This document shows positions 1 through 9,645 of a stretch of DNA of 43,740 bases, one piece after another. The notes under the pieces were generated by a model that saw only the letters and a list, made by a program, of their open reading frames with translations, was not told where the DNA came from and searched no databases. The DNA comes from a virus (taxonomy: Duplodnaviria > Caudoviricetes): positions 1 to 43,740 of the IMG/VR virus record IMGVR_UViG_3300020045_005328; one strand, written 5' to 3'. Position 1 is the first letter of the stretch; the number at the start of each line of letters is the position of its first letter. A program made the position numbers and the translations under genes.

Positions 1-105
1 CAGCCCGGTGTATCTGACCATCCCGGAAACCGGGACGGAAATCGAAGTGCGCGGGAACTATCCTCAGCGGTGAGACGCGAAAGCCTAAAACTTCAAGAAA
101 GCGAC
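1..105. repeat. Direct repeat identical to 40977..41081 (circularisation point of a 40,976-bp genome)
   Basis: 105 nt exact match by direct comparison; first mismatch is 106 (t) vs 41082 (a). Joining 40976 to 1 restores the terL-to-portal order and completes the solo cassette. Confidence 0.9.
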
Positions 106-279
106 TGGCGGCGGCTAGAAGAACTGGCCGCCGCCACTGCTTCAAACTACTCAGGAAAACCAAGCTGGCGGCGGATGGTGCTACGCATCGCTCGCGGAGA
201 AATAACCGTTCGAGAAACCAAGCGCGTCGCCCGGCGCTCGAACAAATGTATGGGCGTGACAATCTATCAAAAGTTGTAA
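70..279 (+). CDS. Small ribbon-helix-helix-like DNA-binding protein; second gene of the solo cassette. The last 11 codons come from the interrupted target gene.
   Basis: GTG start overlaps the TGA of the upstream 92-aa ORF (GTGA). RRESLKL-(ESDWRRLEELA)-(SWRRMVLRIARG) fits a strand-helix-helix pattern. Crossover AAC at 241..243 is in frame. Confidence 0.55.
   Translation: MRRESLKLQESDWRRLEELAAATASNYSGKPSWRRMVLRIARGEITVRETKRVARRSNKCMGVTIYQKL
235..243 (-). other. Right junction (R box) of the solo gene cassette
   Basis: CGCTCGAAC is the exact reverse complement of GTTCGAGCG at 40644..40652, the far arm of the attC at 40557..40650. Confidence 0.75.
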
Positions 280-343
280 GGTTTCGAGGGTGGGGAAAAA
301 AGTTGTTGAGGTAAGACAGTCCATGTCCTACCTGTTGGCGTAG

Positions 344-2215
344 GTGAAGGAACTATTTGAGTCCGCACACAGCATTTTGACGGGCCGCAGTGTTTGGGAG
401 AACAAGCAACGCCTGTTCTACCAGATGCGGCATGATGGTATCCGGCGTTCCAAGAAACCTTTCCCGACAGCTTCCGACGGTCATTACCCACAGATTGATA
501 TGGCGATCCGAAAGGCGAAACCTTTCTGGATGGGGCAGGTGACGAGCGGGGACAAGTTGGCGGTGTTCACCAGTCTCAAGCCGAACGACATGGCGGCTTT
601 TTCGGATTCAGCAGCGGATTACTTCGATTTCATTCTCACCCAAAAGACGCAGTTCCTTCGCAAGCTGCGCGTGGCCGTGGATGAAATGCTATTGCGCGGG
701 CGCGGCATCATCAAAGTGACGGTCAATCCGTTGGATGACTATTCCGTCCAGGTCGAGGCGATCAACCCCCTCTTCCTTATCATGCCGCAGATGGCCGATG
801 ATTTCGCGGATGCAGATGAGTGGGTGCATGTGAAGCACATGACGGTGGCGGCTTACAAGCGTCTGGATGCGCGTTACGATACCAAGCCGGAAACCGTCGC
901 GCGGATTCGGGGTAGTGAGAACTTTGAGAATTTCAGCACGATCACAGAGGACAAGCGCACGCGCGAAGGCATCACGCACACGTCCAACCCAGACAACATC
1001 ATCATTTGGGAGCATTGGCGGAAGTCGCAAGGCGGGCACACAATCCACACTTACAGCCCGCACGCGCCTGAGTTGCCATTGCGCAAACCTCACGGGAATC
1101 CTTTCAAGGTGGCTGGCAAATCGTCCTGCCCGTTCTTCTCGTTCCCGATGGAAGTTAAAGACGAAGGTTGGTATTCGCCGCGCGGATTGGGCGAACTGCT
1201 TGCGCCGGTGGAGCAATACCTGACGAAACTTTGGAACGAGAAAGCGGACGCGATGACGTTCGCCAACAGACCGCTTTACACGGGAGACAAGGAGATTCAG
1301 AACCCGGCAAACTATCGTTGGGCACCGGGCGAATACATTCCCGGCAACATCCGTGGTGTTCAACAAGGTGCGCCACCGTTCAACTTCGATCAGGAGATCA
1401 TGTTCGCGCGCGGCATCGGTGAGCTTCAAGCGCAGACACCGGACTTTGGCATCACGCAGGAGGGTCAAGGCGGCGGCGGCAAAGCGCGGACGGCAGCGGA
1501 GAACTATCGCATTGCAGCACTGACGCAAGCCGGCACGAACGACAACGCGACCATCTTCCGTGAAAAGCTGGCGGAAGTGTACCGGCATATCTGGGGCATG
1601 ATCCTGCAATTCAAGCCCAAGGATTTCACTTATTTCGCCGCGGGCGAAGTGGGTTCATTGCCGGAACAAGCGTTGCATGATGCCTACCTGATTGCGCCGG
1701 ACGGTTCGCCGGACGGATGGAACAGGCAACAGCGGTTTCAAAAGGCGGTTTCGCTAATTCAGATGTTCACCGGCAATCCGAACGTGAACATGGAGGTATT
1801 GACCCGGAACGCGCTGGCGGCGGAGGACGGACGGCTCGCGCAATCGGCGTTCATCCCGTCGAACCTCAAAGGGGCAATCGAGGCCGAGGACGAGGCGCAC
1901 GAGATTGCGATTCTCAAGGAAGGTTTCCCGGCAGTGGTGACCCCGGGCGAAGATCACGCGACCCGTATCAAGATGCTTTTGGGTTGGTTGCAGAAGCAGG
2001 CCATGACCGGTGCGCCGCTCGACCCCATCGCCAAGCAGCGGGTGCAGGAACACTTGGCAACCCACTACCAGTATTTGCAGCAGACACAGCCGCAGGCGGC
2101 GAAACAGCTGGCAATGGCGATCAACCAGCAGGAACAGCCGAGCAACGTGGCGCAGATGCCATCTGCTGGCGGACCGCCCGTGCAGGCGCAACCGGAACAA
2201 GTAGGAATGATATGA
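344..2215 (+). CDS. Portal protein (podovirus type)
   Basis: 623 aa; follows terL on the circular map and precedes scaffold and capsid genes; motifs YSPRGLGELLAPVEQYL and RTAAE; Q/P-rich C-terminus typical of P22/T7-like portals. Confidence 0.8.
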   Translation: MKELFESAHSILTGRSVWENKQRLFYQMRHDGIRRSKKPFPTASDGHYPQIDMAIRKAKPFWMGQVTSGDKLAVFTSLKPNDMAAFSDSAADYFDFILTQKTQFLRKLRVAVDEMLLRGRGIIKVTVNPLDDYSVQVEAINPLFLIMPQMADDFADADEWVHVKHMTVAAYKRLDARYDTKPETVARIRGSENFENFSTITEDKRTREGITHTSNPDNIIIWEHWRKSQGGHTIHTYSPHAPELPLRKPHGNPFKVAGKSSCPFFSFPMEVKDEGWYSPRGLGELLAPVEQYLTKLWNEKADAMTFANRPLYTGDKEIQNPANYRWAPGEYIPGNIRGVQQGAPPFNFDQEIMFARGIGELQAQTPDFGITQEGQGGGGKARTAAENYRIAALTQAGTNDNATIFREKLAEVYRHIWGMILQFKPKDFTYFAAGEVGSLPEQALHDAYLIAPDGSPDGWNRQQRFQKAVSLIQMFTGNPNVNMEVLTRNALAAEDGRLAQSAFIPSNLKGAIEAEDEAHEIAILKEGFPAVVTPGEDHATRIKMLLGWLQKQAMTGAPLDPIAKQRVQEHLATHYQYLQQTQPQAAKQLAMAINQQEQPSNVAQMPSAGGPPVQAQPEQVGMI

Positions 2216-2547
2216 GCAAATTCGTGACGACATTGAACGTGAACATTGACGCGCTGCTAAAGAACGCGCCTCGTGGAACATTCATCCACAGCGCGACCCT
2301 TAGCGCAGACCGCAAGACTGTTACTGTTGTGTGGGACAATCCTCTCTTTGTGAGTCACGGCAGTGAAGGAATGGAGTTTTCAGTTGAGCAGCTTAAAGCC
2401 GGTGAGTTGCCGCCTTTGGTGACGTTAGCGGATTGGGCCAAGAAACCTCAGACCGTAAAGGTCGAGACAGCGACTGAGCCACAGGCAGAAGTTGTTGGGG
2501 TGGGGAACAAAGAAGTTGAGAGAGCGCCGGTTAAGCGTAAAAAGTGA
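2212..2547 (+). CDS. Hypothetical protein
   Basis: ATG at 2212 overlaps the portal stop (ATGA); lies within the 1717..2547 ORF. Confidence 0.6.
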   Translation: MSKFVTTLNVNIDALLKNAPRGTFIHSATLSADRKTVTVVWDNPLFVSHGSEGMEFSVEQLKAGELPPLVTLADWAKKPQTVKVETATEPQAEVVGVGNKEVERAPVKRKK

Positions 2548-2951
2548 TTTGCATGAGTGGTTTGGTGGTCAAGGTGAAACGGTGGCTGGTTCGCTTATTG
2601 ATGGGCGAGCCAGCCAAACCGTTGCCCGCGTTGCCGCTTCTCGTGGCGCGCGGATGGACGCCAGCCGACAAGGATATTCTCATCAACTTCATGGCATCGC
2701 CTACCGGCATTTGTCTGATGCAACGTATGCGGTGCGTGGCGGGGGAGATGGCGCGGCAAGGTGCTGGCGATGTGATGCACACGGCACACAGCGCGGGGAG
2801 AACGTCAGGATTTTACGATGCAATGGGCTGGCTTGAGAGTCAGTCCCGCATCGAGTTTGAAACGATTTCGGAAGCGGATGCCGATTCATCCGCAATATCC
2901 GCGCAGGAGCAAAAGGGCGATGCTTTGCTGCGCGAGCTTTATTCGCCCTAA
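2544..2951 (+). CDS. Hypothetical head-module protein
   Basis: Coupled ORF between portal and scaffold; start could be 2553. Confidence 0.6.
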   Translation: MICMSGLVVKVKRWLVRLLMGEPAKPLPALPLLVARGWTPADKDILINFMASPTGICLMQRMRCVAGEMARQGAGDVMHTAHSAGRTSGFYDAMGWLESQSRIEFETISEADADSSAISAQEQKGDALLRELYSP

Positions 2952-2966
2952 GAGAGAGACAATAGC

Positions 2967-3998
2967 ATGACTGAAATATCTGGATTAACGGGAGTCGAGG
3001 ACGCCATGACCGCATTGACCGCTTTGGAGACAGAGCGAGCGGCGACGGAAACGACCCCTGCCAGCGCGAACACAGATCAACGCGCGGATCAACCGGAGGG
3101 ATTAAGTGATGCTGAGGCTCAACTGAATCAATTAACCGACACACCAGCCACGGCAGAACCATCGGCAACCGATGTTCAAGCGGTGGCAAAGACAGATGCG
3201 ACGGTAGAAACTCAACAGAAGCCAGAGCCAGAAGCCAAGGGCGGCAAGTTCGCCAAGGATCAACAGCGCCGGGATACGACGTGGAAAGCGTTGAACGCTG
3301 AAAAGGAATCCTTCACCAAAGAGCGTCAGTCATTTGAAGCGGAGCGCAACGCATGGAAAGCGGAGCGTGAAGCGGCAGAGGCGGAGACTGCGGTGACCCC
3401 TGAGAAGTATGAAGGTTACGCGGTGCAGATGCGTGCGCGTGCGGATCATCTCAAGGCCGAGGCGGACAGGCTGGAACAGGCCGGGAAGTTCGACGAAGCG
3501 GAAGCCAAGCGCGAGGACGCAAGGGACGCAGAGGCGGACATCCGGCGGGCGAGCAAGGCAGCGGAAGAACTGCGGAAGAATCCACCGGCAAACGTCGTTC
3601 AACGGAACGAGCGGATGCAGGCGGAGAAAAAGGAATGGACGCTGAAAGCGGCGCAAGACTTCCCGGAACTGGCAAAGGACGGCAGTGAGTTTCAGAAGGC
3701 GGTGGCGACGAACCTGAGCGAGATACAAGCGTATGCGCCCGGGATTCTGCGCGACCCGAAAAGCATCTACTTGGTGACACGCATGACCGCAATGGAGACT
3801 GCGGCGGCTGGTGTGCCGGAACTAAAGACGAAGTTGAGCCAGACAGAGGCAAGGGTTAAGGAGTTGGAAGCCTTGGTATCGCCTGGCGCACCGAGTCAAC
3901 ACACACAGTTGGCCGGTGAAATCCCGTTCGAGCAACGTTCCCGTGAGGAACAGTTGAACGAATTGGAACGTCTGGCTACCGGGATGCCGCTCCGGTAA
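2967..3998 (+). CDS. Capsid scaffolding protein (putative)
   Basis: 343 aa, acidic and Ala/Glu-rich with predicted coiled coil; directly upstream of the capsid gene. Confidence 0.7.
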   Translation: MTEISGLTGVEDAMTALTALETERAATETTPASANTDQRADQPEGLSDAEAQLNQLTDTPATAEPSATDVQAVAKTDATVETQQKPEPEAKGGKFAKDQQRRDTTWKALNAEKESFTKERQSFEAERNAWKAEREAAEAETAVTPEKYEGYAVQMRARADHLKAEADRLEQAGKFDEAEAKREDARDAEADIRRASKAAEELRKNPPANVVQRNERMQAEKKEWTLKAAQDFPELAKDGSEFQKAVATNLSEIQAYAPGILRDPKSIYLVTRMTAMETAAAGVPELKTKLSQTEARVKELEALVSPGAPSQHTQLAGEIPFEQRSREEQLNELERLATGMPLR

Positions 3999-4019
3999 CG
4001 CCCTTGCCATGTAAAGATC

Positions 4020-5165
4020 ATGGCAAATACAATCGCAATCTTCAATCAAGGCGGCACACCCGCCCCGGCGGACTTCGCAAATCGTCTGCAAACCTTCTTC
4101 AACAAAGACTTGTTGGAGGCGTTGCAGTTTCAACTTGTTCTTGCCACCTACGGCATGAAAGCCAGTTACCCGATCCACGGGGACACTGTGCGTTTCTTCC
4201 GTGCGCGCAAGGCCAACACTGACGGCTTGCTTGGCTTGACTGCCGGTGAGTCTGCCGGGCCGGGCCGGGCTGGAACAGCCACGACCCTGACGGAAGGCAC
4301 GACCCCGACCCGCATGACGGATGTGGGCGTTGGGTATGTGGACATCCAACTCAAGCAACGCGGCCAGATCAGCAGCATGTCAGACATCGCACAGGCGATT
4401 GACTTGCTGAACATGGTTAAACTGCACAGCAAGACGCTCGGTGAAGATGCCGCGTTAGGCTTGGACGGCATTGTCCGCCAGGCGTTGATGCTTGGCTTGA
4501 CCGACACAAACGCGACATACGGGGCGGCGCATCCGTTTGAGCGGTTTTCCGGTCTGGCAACACCGACGGACGACAGCTCGACCGACTTTGACACATACAA
4601 AGACGGTGCCACGGTCAGTAACAGCGCTGGCAAGATCACTCGCGCGGTGCATTTGGGTTGCGTCACGCAGTTGCGCGCGGCGAATGTGCCGACCATCGGC
4701 GGCAATTACGTTGCCATTACCCCAACTCAGGTCATGCACGACATGCGACAGGACACCACTTGGGTATCTGCGGCGACGCAGGTTGACACCAAAGACCTGT
4801 ACAAGCGCGGCACGATCAAGCTGGACGGTGCGGTGTTTGTCGAGGCCGACAACGCCAGCATCGAGGGTAACACCTATCAGACACAGCGCGGCACGACTGC
4901 GTTGACAGGCACCAACACCAACACCTATTCAACGTGGTATCTCGGACGTGATGCGTTCGGCTGCGTTGAGTTGAACGACAAACGCGCTGGCAGTTCGATG
5001 ATGGGCCCGAAACTCATCGTGAACGCCACGCCTGACAAGGCTGATCCGCTCAACCTCAAGACGGTGTTGGGCTGGAAAGCGTTCTTTGGATGCAAAGCGT
5101 TGCACACGTCGGAAACGTCCGATGTGCCGCACTACGTTCAGTTGCGCTCCAAGTCCACGTTCTGA
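4020..5165 (+). CDS. Major capsid protein (N4-gp56-like)
   Basis: 381 aa; LTEGTTP, LKQRG, GRDAFG and DKADPLNLKTVLGWKAFFG motifs resemble N4-gp56-family capsids; position after scaffold. Confidence 0.85.
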   Translation: MANTIAIFNQGGTPAPADFANRLQTFFNKDLLEALQFQLVLATYGMKASYPIHGDTVRFFRARKANTDGLLGLTAGESAGPGRAGTATTLTEGTTPTRMTDVGVGYVDIQLKQRGQISSMSDIAQAIDLLNMVKLHSKTLGEDAALGLDGIVRQALMLGLTDTNATYGAAHPFERFSGLATPTDDSSTDFDTYKDGATVSNSAGKITRAVHLGCVTQLRAANVPTIGGNYVAITPTQVMHDMRQDTTWVSAATQVDTKDLYKRGTIKLDGAVFVEADNASIEGNTYQTQRGTTALTGTNTNTYSTWYLGRDAFGCVELNDKRAGSSMMGPKLIVNATPDKADPLNLKTVLGWKAFFGCKALHTSETSDVPHYVQLRSKSTF

Positions 5166-5182
5166 TCGGTGACGAATGACAC

Positions 5183-5210
5183 GGGTGCGGCGGGTCACAC
5201 CGTCGCACCC
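5183..5210 (+). terminator. GC-rich hairpin after the capsid gene (possible terminator or mRNA stabiliser)
   Basis: GGGTGCGGCGG / CCGTCGCACCC stem; U-tract is weak. Confidence 0.45.
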
Positions 5211-5238
5211 CTCTTAAAACCAACAACGAATTGACCTT

Positions 5239-5583
5239 ATGAATCCGAATCTACCGACCGGCGAACTCTCACAGGAAGGCATTGATTGGCCTCCTGTGCC
5301 TCAAGACCCGATGGCCTCCCTGATGGGCGGCGCGAACGAGCAATGCGTGCCGGTGGCAGCGTTGCAACAACCCGACGACTCTGAGCAGCTTGTGACGCCG
5401 GAAGTGGGCGATGCGGTTAGCTACACCGTCGAAGGAAAGATTTCACGGATCGAGGGAGACAAGGCGTACGTGACCGTTGAGACGGCGAACGGTAAGCCGA
5501 TTGCGGACGAGGCGGAGAAAGAACCCAATGCGGATGATGGCTACGCCGCGTTGCAGCAGGAAGCCGAAGGAATGATGATATGA
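5239..5583 (+). CDS. Hypothetical acidic protein
   Basis: 114-aa ORF in the structural operon, coupled to the next ORF. Confidence 0.6.
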   Translation: MNPNLPTGELSQEGIDWPPVPQDPMASLMGGANEQCVPVAALQQPDDSEQLVTPEVGDAVSYTVEGKISRIEGDKAYVTVETANGKPIADEAEKEPNADDGYAALQQEAEGMMI

Positions 5584-5909
5584 ACAACAACGCGAGAAAA
5601 ATCCCAAACGCAGACGGCGGCGCACTGGTGGCGAGCCGTGTCATTGCAACCAGTCCGTGCAAGCTTTTGAGCGTCATCGTGCTGAACACCGGCGCGGCCC
5701 AATACATCCAAATCTTTGAAAGCGCGACCGTGCCCGCGAATGGTGCCGTGCCCGAACTGCCGGCGGTGTACGTGGCGGCAAGTTCAACGGTTCAATTCGA
5801 CTTCCTGAACGGGGTTGATCTTGACGCTTGCAGCATCAGCAACAGCAGCACGGCGGCGACCAAGACCATTGGCTCGGCGGACTGCGCGATTGTGGCAATC
5901 ATCCAATAA
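5580..5909 (+). CDS. Small beta-rich virion protein (putative)
   Basis: 109 aa, Ala/Ser/Thr/Val-rich; ATGA overlap; structural-module position. Confidence 0.55.
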   Translation: MNNNARKIPNADGGALVASRVIATSPCKLLSVIVLNTGAAQYIQIFESATVPANGAVPELPAVYVAASSTVQFDFLNGVDLDACSISNSSTAATKTIGSADCAIVAIIQ

Positions 5910-5914
5910 CGACC

Positions 5915-7900
5915 ATGAAACTTTATCCTTACAAGCGGTGGGTGTGGGTGGCATTGCTGTGGGTGGCTTTGCCTGTTCACGCGGCGATCACAGTGACACC
6001 GGGGGGCGGCGGGGCTGGCGACGTGACGGCGGCGGGGCTGGCGGCGGGGGACTTCATTGCGAGCGAAATCTACAACACCAACACACCCACACGCGGACTC
6101 AATGATGCAGCCGCTATGACTCCCGATCTCACGATCAATTGGTTTTATGTCTGGTCTGGGGCACTTCCCCCGCCAGACAACGGCATCAGCTACTACACGA
6201 ATCTCACCTACTACTCGTCGAATATGTTCCGGGAGTTCAGGACGAACGGCTATTACGCCGCAGGTTGGAACACGATTGATTTGGACGGCGGCTGGGCACA
6301 GACGACACGGACAGGCGGAGGCGATTTGACATGGAGCACAGCTTACTTTGAGAACGGGCAGTTGCCCATGTCGTTGCCGGATTACATCACTTTCGCGCAC
6401 TCAAATGGTTGGAAGGTCATGCTCTACTCATCATTGTCTGACACTCCCTGTAATCCGCCCTCGTCTCCGATCACCTACGCCTACCGTGATATTCAGAAGA
6501 TGATGTCTTGGGGCGCAGATGGTGTGAAGCTGGATAACTGCGTCATCGGCAGCACAGGGGAAACGAACACGTATTACTCGGCTTATTACCGGACGGTGAA
6601 TCAGGCGATCAATGATTACTACGCCGCAACACAGGCAACAAACGGCGAGTGTCGCCCGTTCAAGATTCTCGCGACGGGTAGCACGGCGGAAGGGTGGCCT
6701 AATTCGATCACCACGGACACGCTGTTCGGCGTCAATCAGATTTCATTCCAACCGACCATCATCGCGTTGGACATTTCGGACACTGCTCCGTGGAATCACC
6801 CCGGACTGACTAATCACACCTCGATGATACGGGAGGTCGTCAAGTTCAAGCCGTTCTTCCGTCCGGGCAGTGTTGTTTATACCGGCATTGGCGTCTATGG
6901 GAACAATCCTGGTTCGTGGACAAACATGATCGGCATGGCGGTGTTGGGCTGTCAGCCGATTGAAGCCGGGCTGGGTTCGGTGTTGGGCATGTTCAATTCA
7001 GGGCTGCCACCAACGGGCGATCAATGGGCTGATACGTTTTATCCCAGCTTCTCGCAATACCTGACCAACTCGGAAGTGTTCGCAATGTTGCGGGACAACC
7101 TCGTCATCCCGGCCACCATCACGTCGTCGAACATCTTCCTTGAGACGTGGAATCGTCCGTTGGAGAACGGGGACACCTGTTTGGGTATCTCGAACTTCGG
7201 CCCGACGAATCGAGTTGTCACACTGAACTATTACGACCTCGGCATCAGTCCCGGTGTTGGCTACGCCGTGCGAAATGTCTGGAATAAGACGAACCTGCTC
7301 TCATTCACGAACACGCTGAGTTGGACTCAGGAAAAGGAAAGCGTGTCGTTGTTGCGACTCATTCCCAAACGGACGATCAATGCGAACACCATCTCGGCTG
7401 ACTCTTTGACAGTGGGCGGTGCGTCGGTTGGAGGGCGATTCACGGAGACGACTTATCCGATGAAAAGCCTGACTATCTTCGGCACAGGATTGTCAGCTAC
7501 TTCAGTCGGCTCTCAGGGTGCTTTTAATAACAATGAGGGGTTGGTTCAAACCGCTGCGAATCAAGCGGGCGGCTTCAATATTCCAGTGCCGGATTGGGCT
7601 TCGACAGTCAGTATTGTTGGGCGGTATTATTCTGCTTTTGCAGGAACAGTGGCTTGGACGAACGCGCCTTTCATCAGTTATTACCATCCTGGAGGGCGTG
7701 TTCAAAAGACTGAGAACGATGATCCTGTGAACATACCAAACATTGCTGTTATTTGTCCGTCCGGGAATTATGTCACCGTCACGAACACAATCGTTTTCGC
7801 CAGCACGAACGCGCCGAAGGAAATCTATTTGCAGATGAACGCCTCATCGAACGCATCGGCCCGTCACGTCATCGGGCCTTTGAGCATCAAATATCAATGA
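5915..7900 (+). CDS. GH27 (alpha-galactosidase/melibiase-like) glycoside hydrolase with N-terminal signal peptide
   Basis: IDLDGGW, LPDYITFAHSNGWKVMLY and WGADGVKLDNC match GH27 barrel motifs, including the K-x-D nucleophile. WNRPLENGD...VRNVWNK resembles the melibiase C-terminal domain. MKLYPYKRWVWVALLWVALPVHA is signal-like. Confidence 0.75.
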   Translation: MKLYPYKRWVWVALLWVALPVHAAITVTPGGGGAGDVTAAGLAAGDFIASEIYNTNTPTRGLNDAAAMTPDLTINWFYVWSGALPPPDNGISYYTNLTYYSSNMFREFRTNGYYAAGWNTIDLDGGWAQTTRTGGGDLTWSTAYFENGQLPMSLPDYITFAHSNGWKVMLYSSLSDTPCNPPSSPITYAYRDIQKMMSWGADGVKLDNCVIGSTGETNTYYSAYYRTVNQAINDYYAATQATNGECRPFKILATGSTAEGWPNSITTDTLFGVNQISFQPTIIALDISDTAPWNHPGLTNHTSMIREVVKFKPFFRPGSVVYTGIGVYGNNPGSWTNMIGMAVLGCQPIEAGLGSVLGMFNSGLPPTGDQWADTFYPSFSQYLTNSEVFAMLRDNLVIPATITSSNIFLETWNRPLENGDTCLGISNFGPTNRVVTLNYYDLGISPGVGYAVRNVWNKTNLLSFTNTLSWTQEKESVSLLRLIPKRTINANTISADSLTVGGASVGGRFTETTYPMKSLTIFGTGLSATSVGSQGAFNNNEGLVQTAANQAGGFNIPVPDWASTVSIVGRYYSAFAGTVAWTNAPFISYYHPGGRVQKTENDDPVNIPNIAVICPSGNYVTVTNTIVFASTNAPKEIYLQMNASSNASARHVIGPLSIKYQ

Positions 7901-8084
7901 CCTCCACCCCTTCCAACCCCGTGCCGAGACTCGCGAAACGAAAGCGGAAGTGCAAAGACTGTGCGGCCATCACCAAGGCCGACAAAGCGCGATTGGCGGA
8001 GTTGCTGAAACAATACCGCAAGCTTGAGGCGTCCACGGCGGCGTATGCCCGGCTGTGCCGATGCGGAGGGAAGGGCTCAGGCAA

Positions 8085-8088
<4 letters not shown>
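7897..8088 (+). CDS. Small basic Cys-containing protein
   Basis: ATGA overlaps at both ends (7897 and 8085). Confidence 0.5.
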
Positions 8089-8681
<593 letters not shown>

Positions 8682-8687
8682 AAACTT

Positions 8688-8855
8688 ATGAGCGAACTAG
8701 GGGAACGAACGGCGGCACTCGAAGCAAGGGTTGAACGTATGCAAAAGATCGAGGAACGGCTCAACGAGATGGAACGAAAGATGGCGGGCATGATTGCCGG
8801 GCTTGCTGTGTTGCAGGTTGTCATCGGCGGTGTGCTGGCATACATGAAACATTGA
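8688..8855 (+). CDS. Small coiled-coil plus single-TM protein (XhlA/holin-like)
   Basis: Own translation, 55 aa: MSELGERTAALEARVERMQKIEERLNEMERKMAGMIAGLAVLQVVIGGVLAYMKH. Confidence 0.55.
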   Translation: MSELGERTAALEARVERMQKIEERLNEMERKMAGMIAGLAVLQVVIGGVLAYMKH

Positions 8856-8869
8856 AGGAAACCAACAGT

Positions 8870-9439
8870 ATGAAATCATGGAAAACAACAACGGCGGGCA
8901 TCGGCGGATTGCTGTCCATCATCGCGGCAACACTGACGCAACTGACCGACAACAACCCGGCAACTAATCCCGACTGGAATCTGGTTGTGCCGCTCCTGTT
9001 CACGTCGCTCATCGGCATCTTTGCCAGGGACAACGGCGTGTCCAGCGAACAGGTGGGCGCAGACGAAGCAACGAAGCACATCAAGAAGTTTGGGGCTGGC
9101 CCTGTGCCGATGCTGCTATTGACCGGGCTGCTCTCGTTCGGTGCGCTGACGATGTTCACCGGCTGCGTCACCGGTCCGCAGACGCGCGAGGCCATCGTTT
9201 TCAACGCTTATCGGGACGCCTGGACGGTGGCGCACTCGGCGTATCAGGCGCATTGCGAAAACGTGGTGCGCGGCAAGGTGAGCAAGGAAAAGGAAGCGGC
9301 GGTTGATGCGGCATGGAACAAGTTCCGGCTCGTGTTCGCCACGGCGGTGCGGTTGAACCAACAGGATTGGCGACAGTTGCCGCCGGCGTCACTGGACGTG
9401 GCCGAGGCGGAATTGTTGCGGCTGATCCGAACCCTCTAA
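8870..9439 (+). CDS. Holin-like two-TM N-terminus fused to a lipoprotein-like C-terminal part
   Basis: MKSWKTTTAGIGGLL...LIGIFARD is holin-like; an internal hydrophobic stretch ends in the lipobox-like FTGC. Confidence 0.5.
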   Translation: MKSWKTTTAGIGGLLSIIAATLTQLTDNNPATNPDWNLVVPLLFTSLIGIFARDNGVSSEQVGADEATKHIKKFGAGPVPMLLLTGLLSFGALTMFTGCVTGPQTREAIVFNAYRDAWTVAHSAYQAHCENVVRGKVSKEKEAAVDAAWNKFRLVFATAVRLNQQDWRQLPPASLDVAEAELLRLIRTL

Positions 9440-9443
9440 AATT

Positions 9444-9644
9444 ATGAATGAATCCATCATCGCAGCGATCATCACGGGCGGCTTTGAACTGATGCGCATC
9501 CATCAGCAAAAGCCGGAAGGCTGGAAACCCACGCAAGCAGAGGTGGATGCGTTCCTGTTGAACGTGGACAGCGCCACGCCCGAGGCGGAAAAGGCGGCGG
9601 CACGCGTGCGGCTGGGACTGCCGACGGAGATCGGCGGGGAATAA
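9444..9644 (+). CDS. Hypothetical protein
   Basis: 66-aa ORF packed tightly between its neighbours. Confidence 0.55.
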   Translation: MNESIIAAIITGGFELMRIHQQKPEGWKPTQAEVDAFLLNVDSATPEAEKAAARVRLGLPTEIGGE

Positions 9645-9645
9645 T

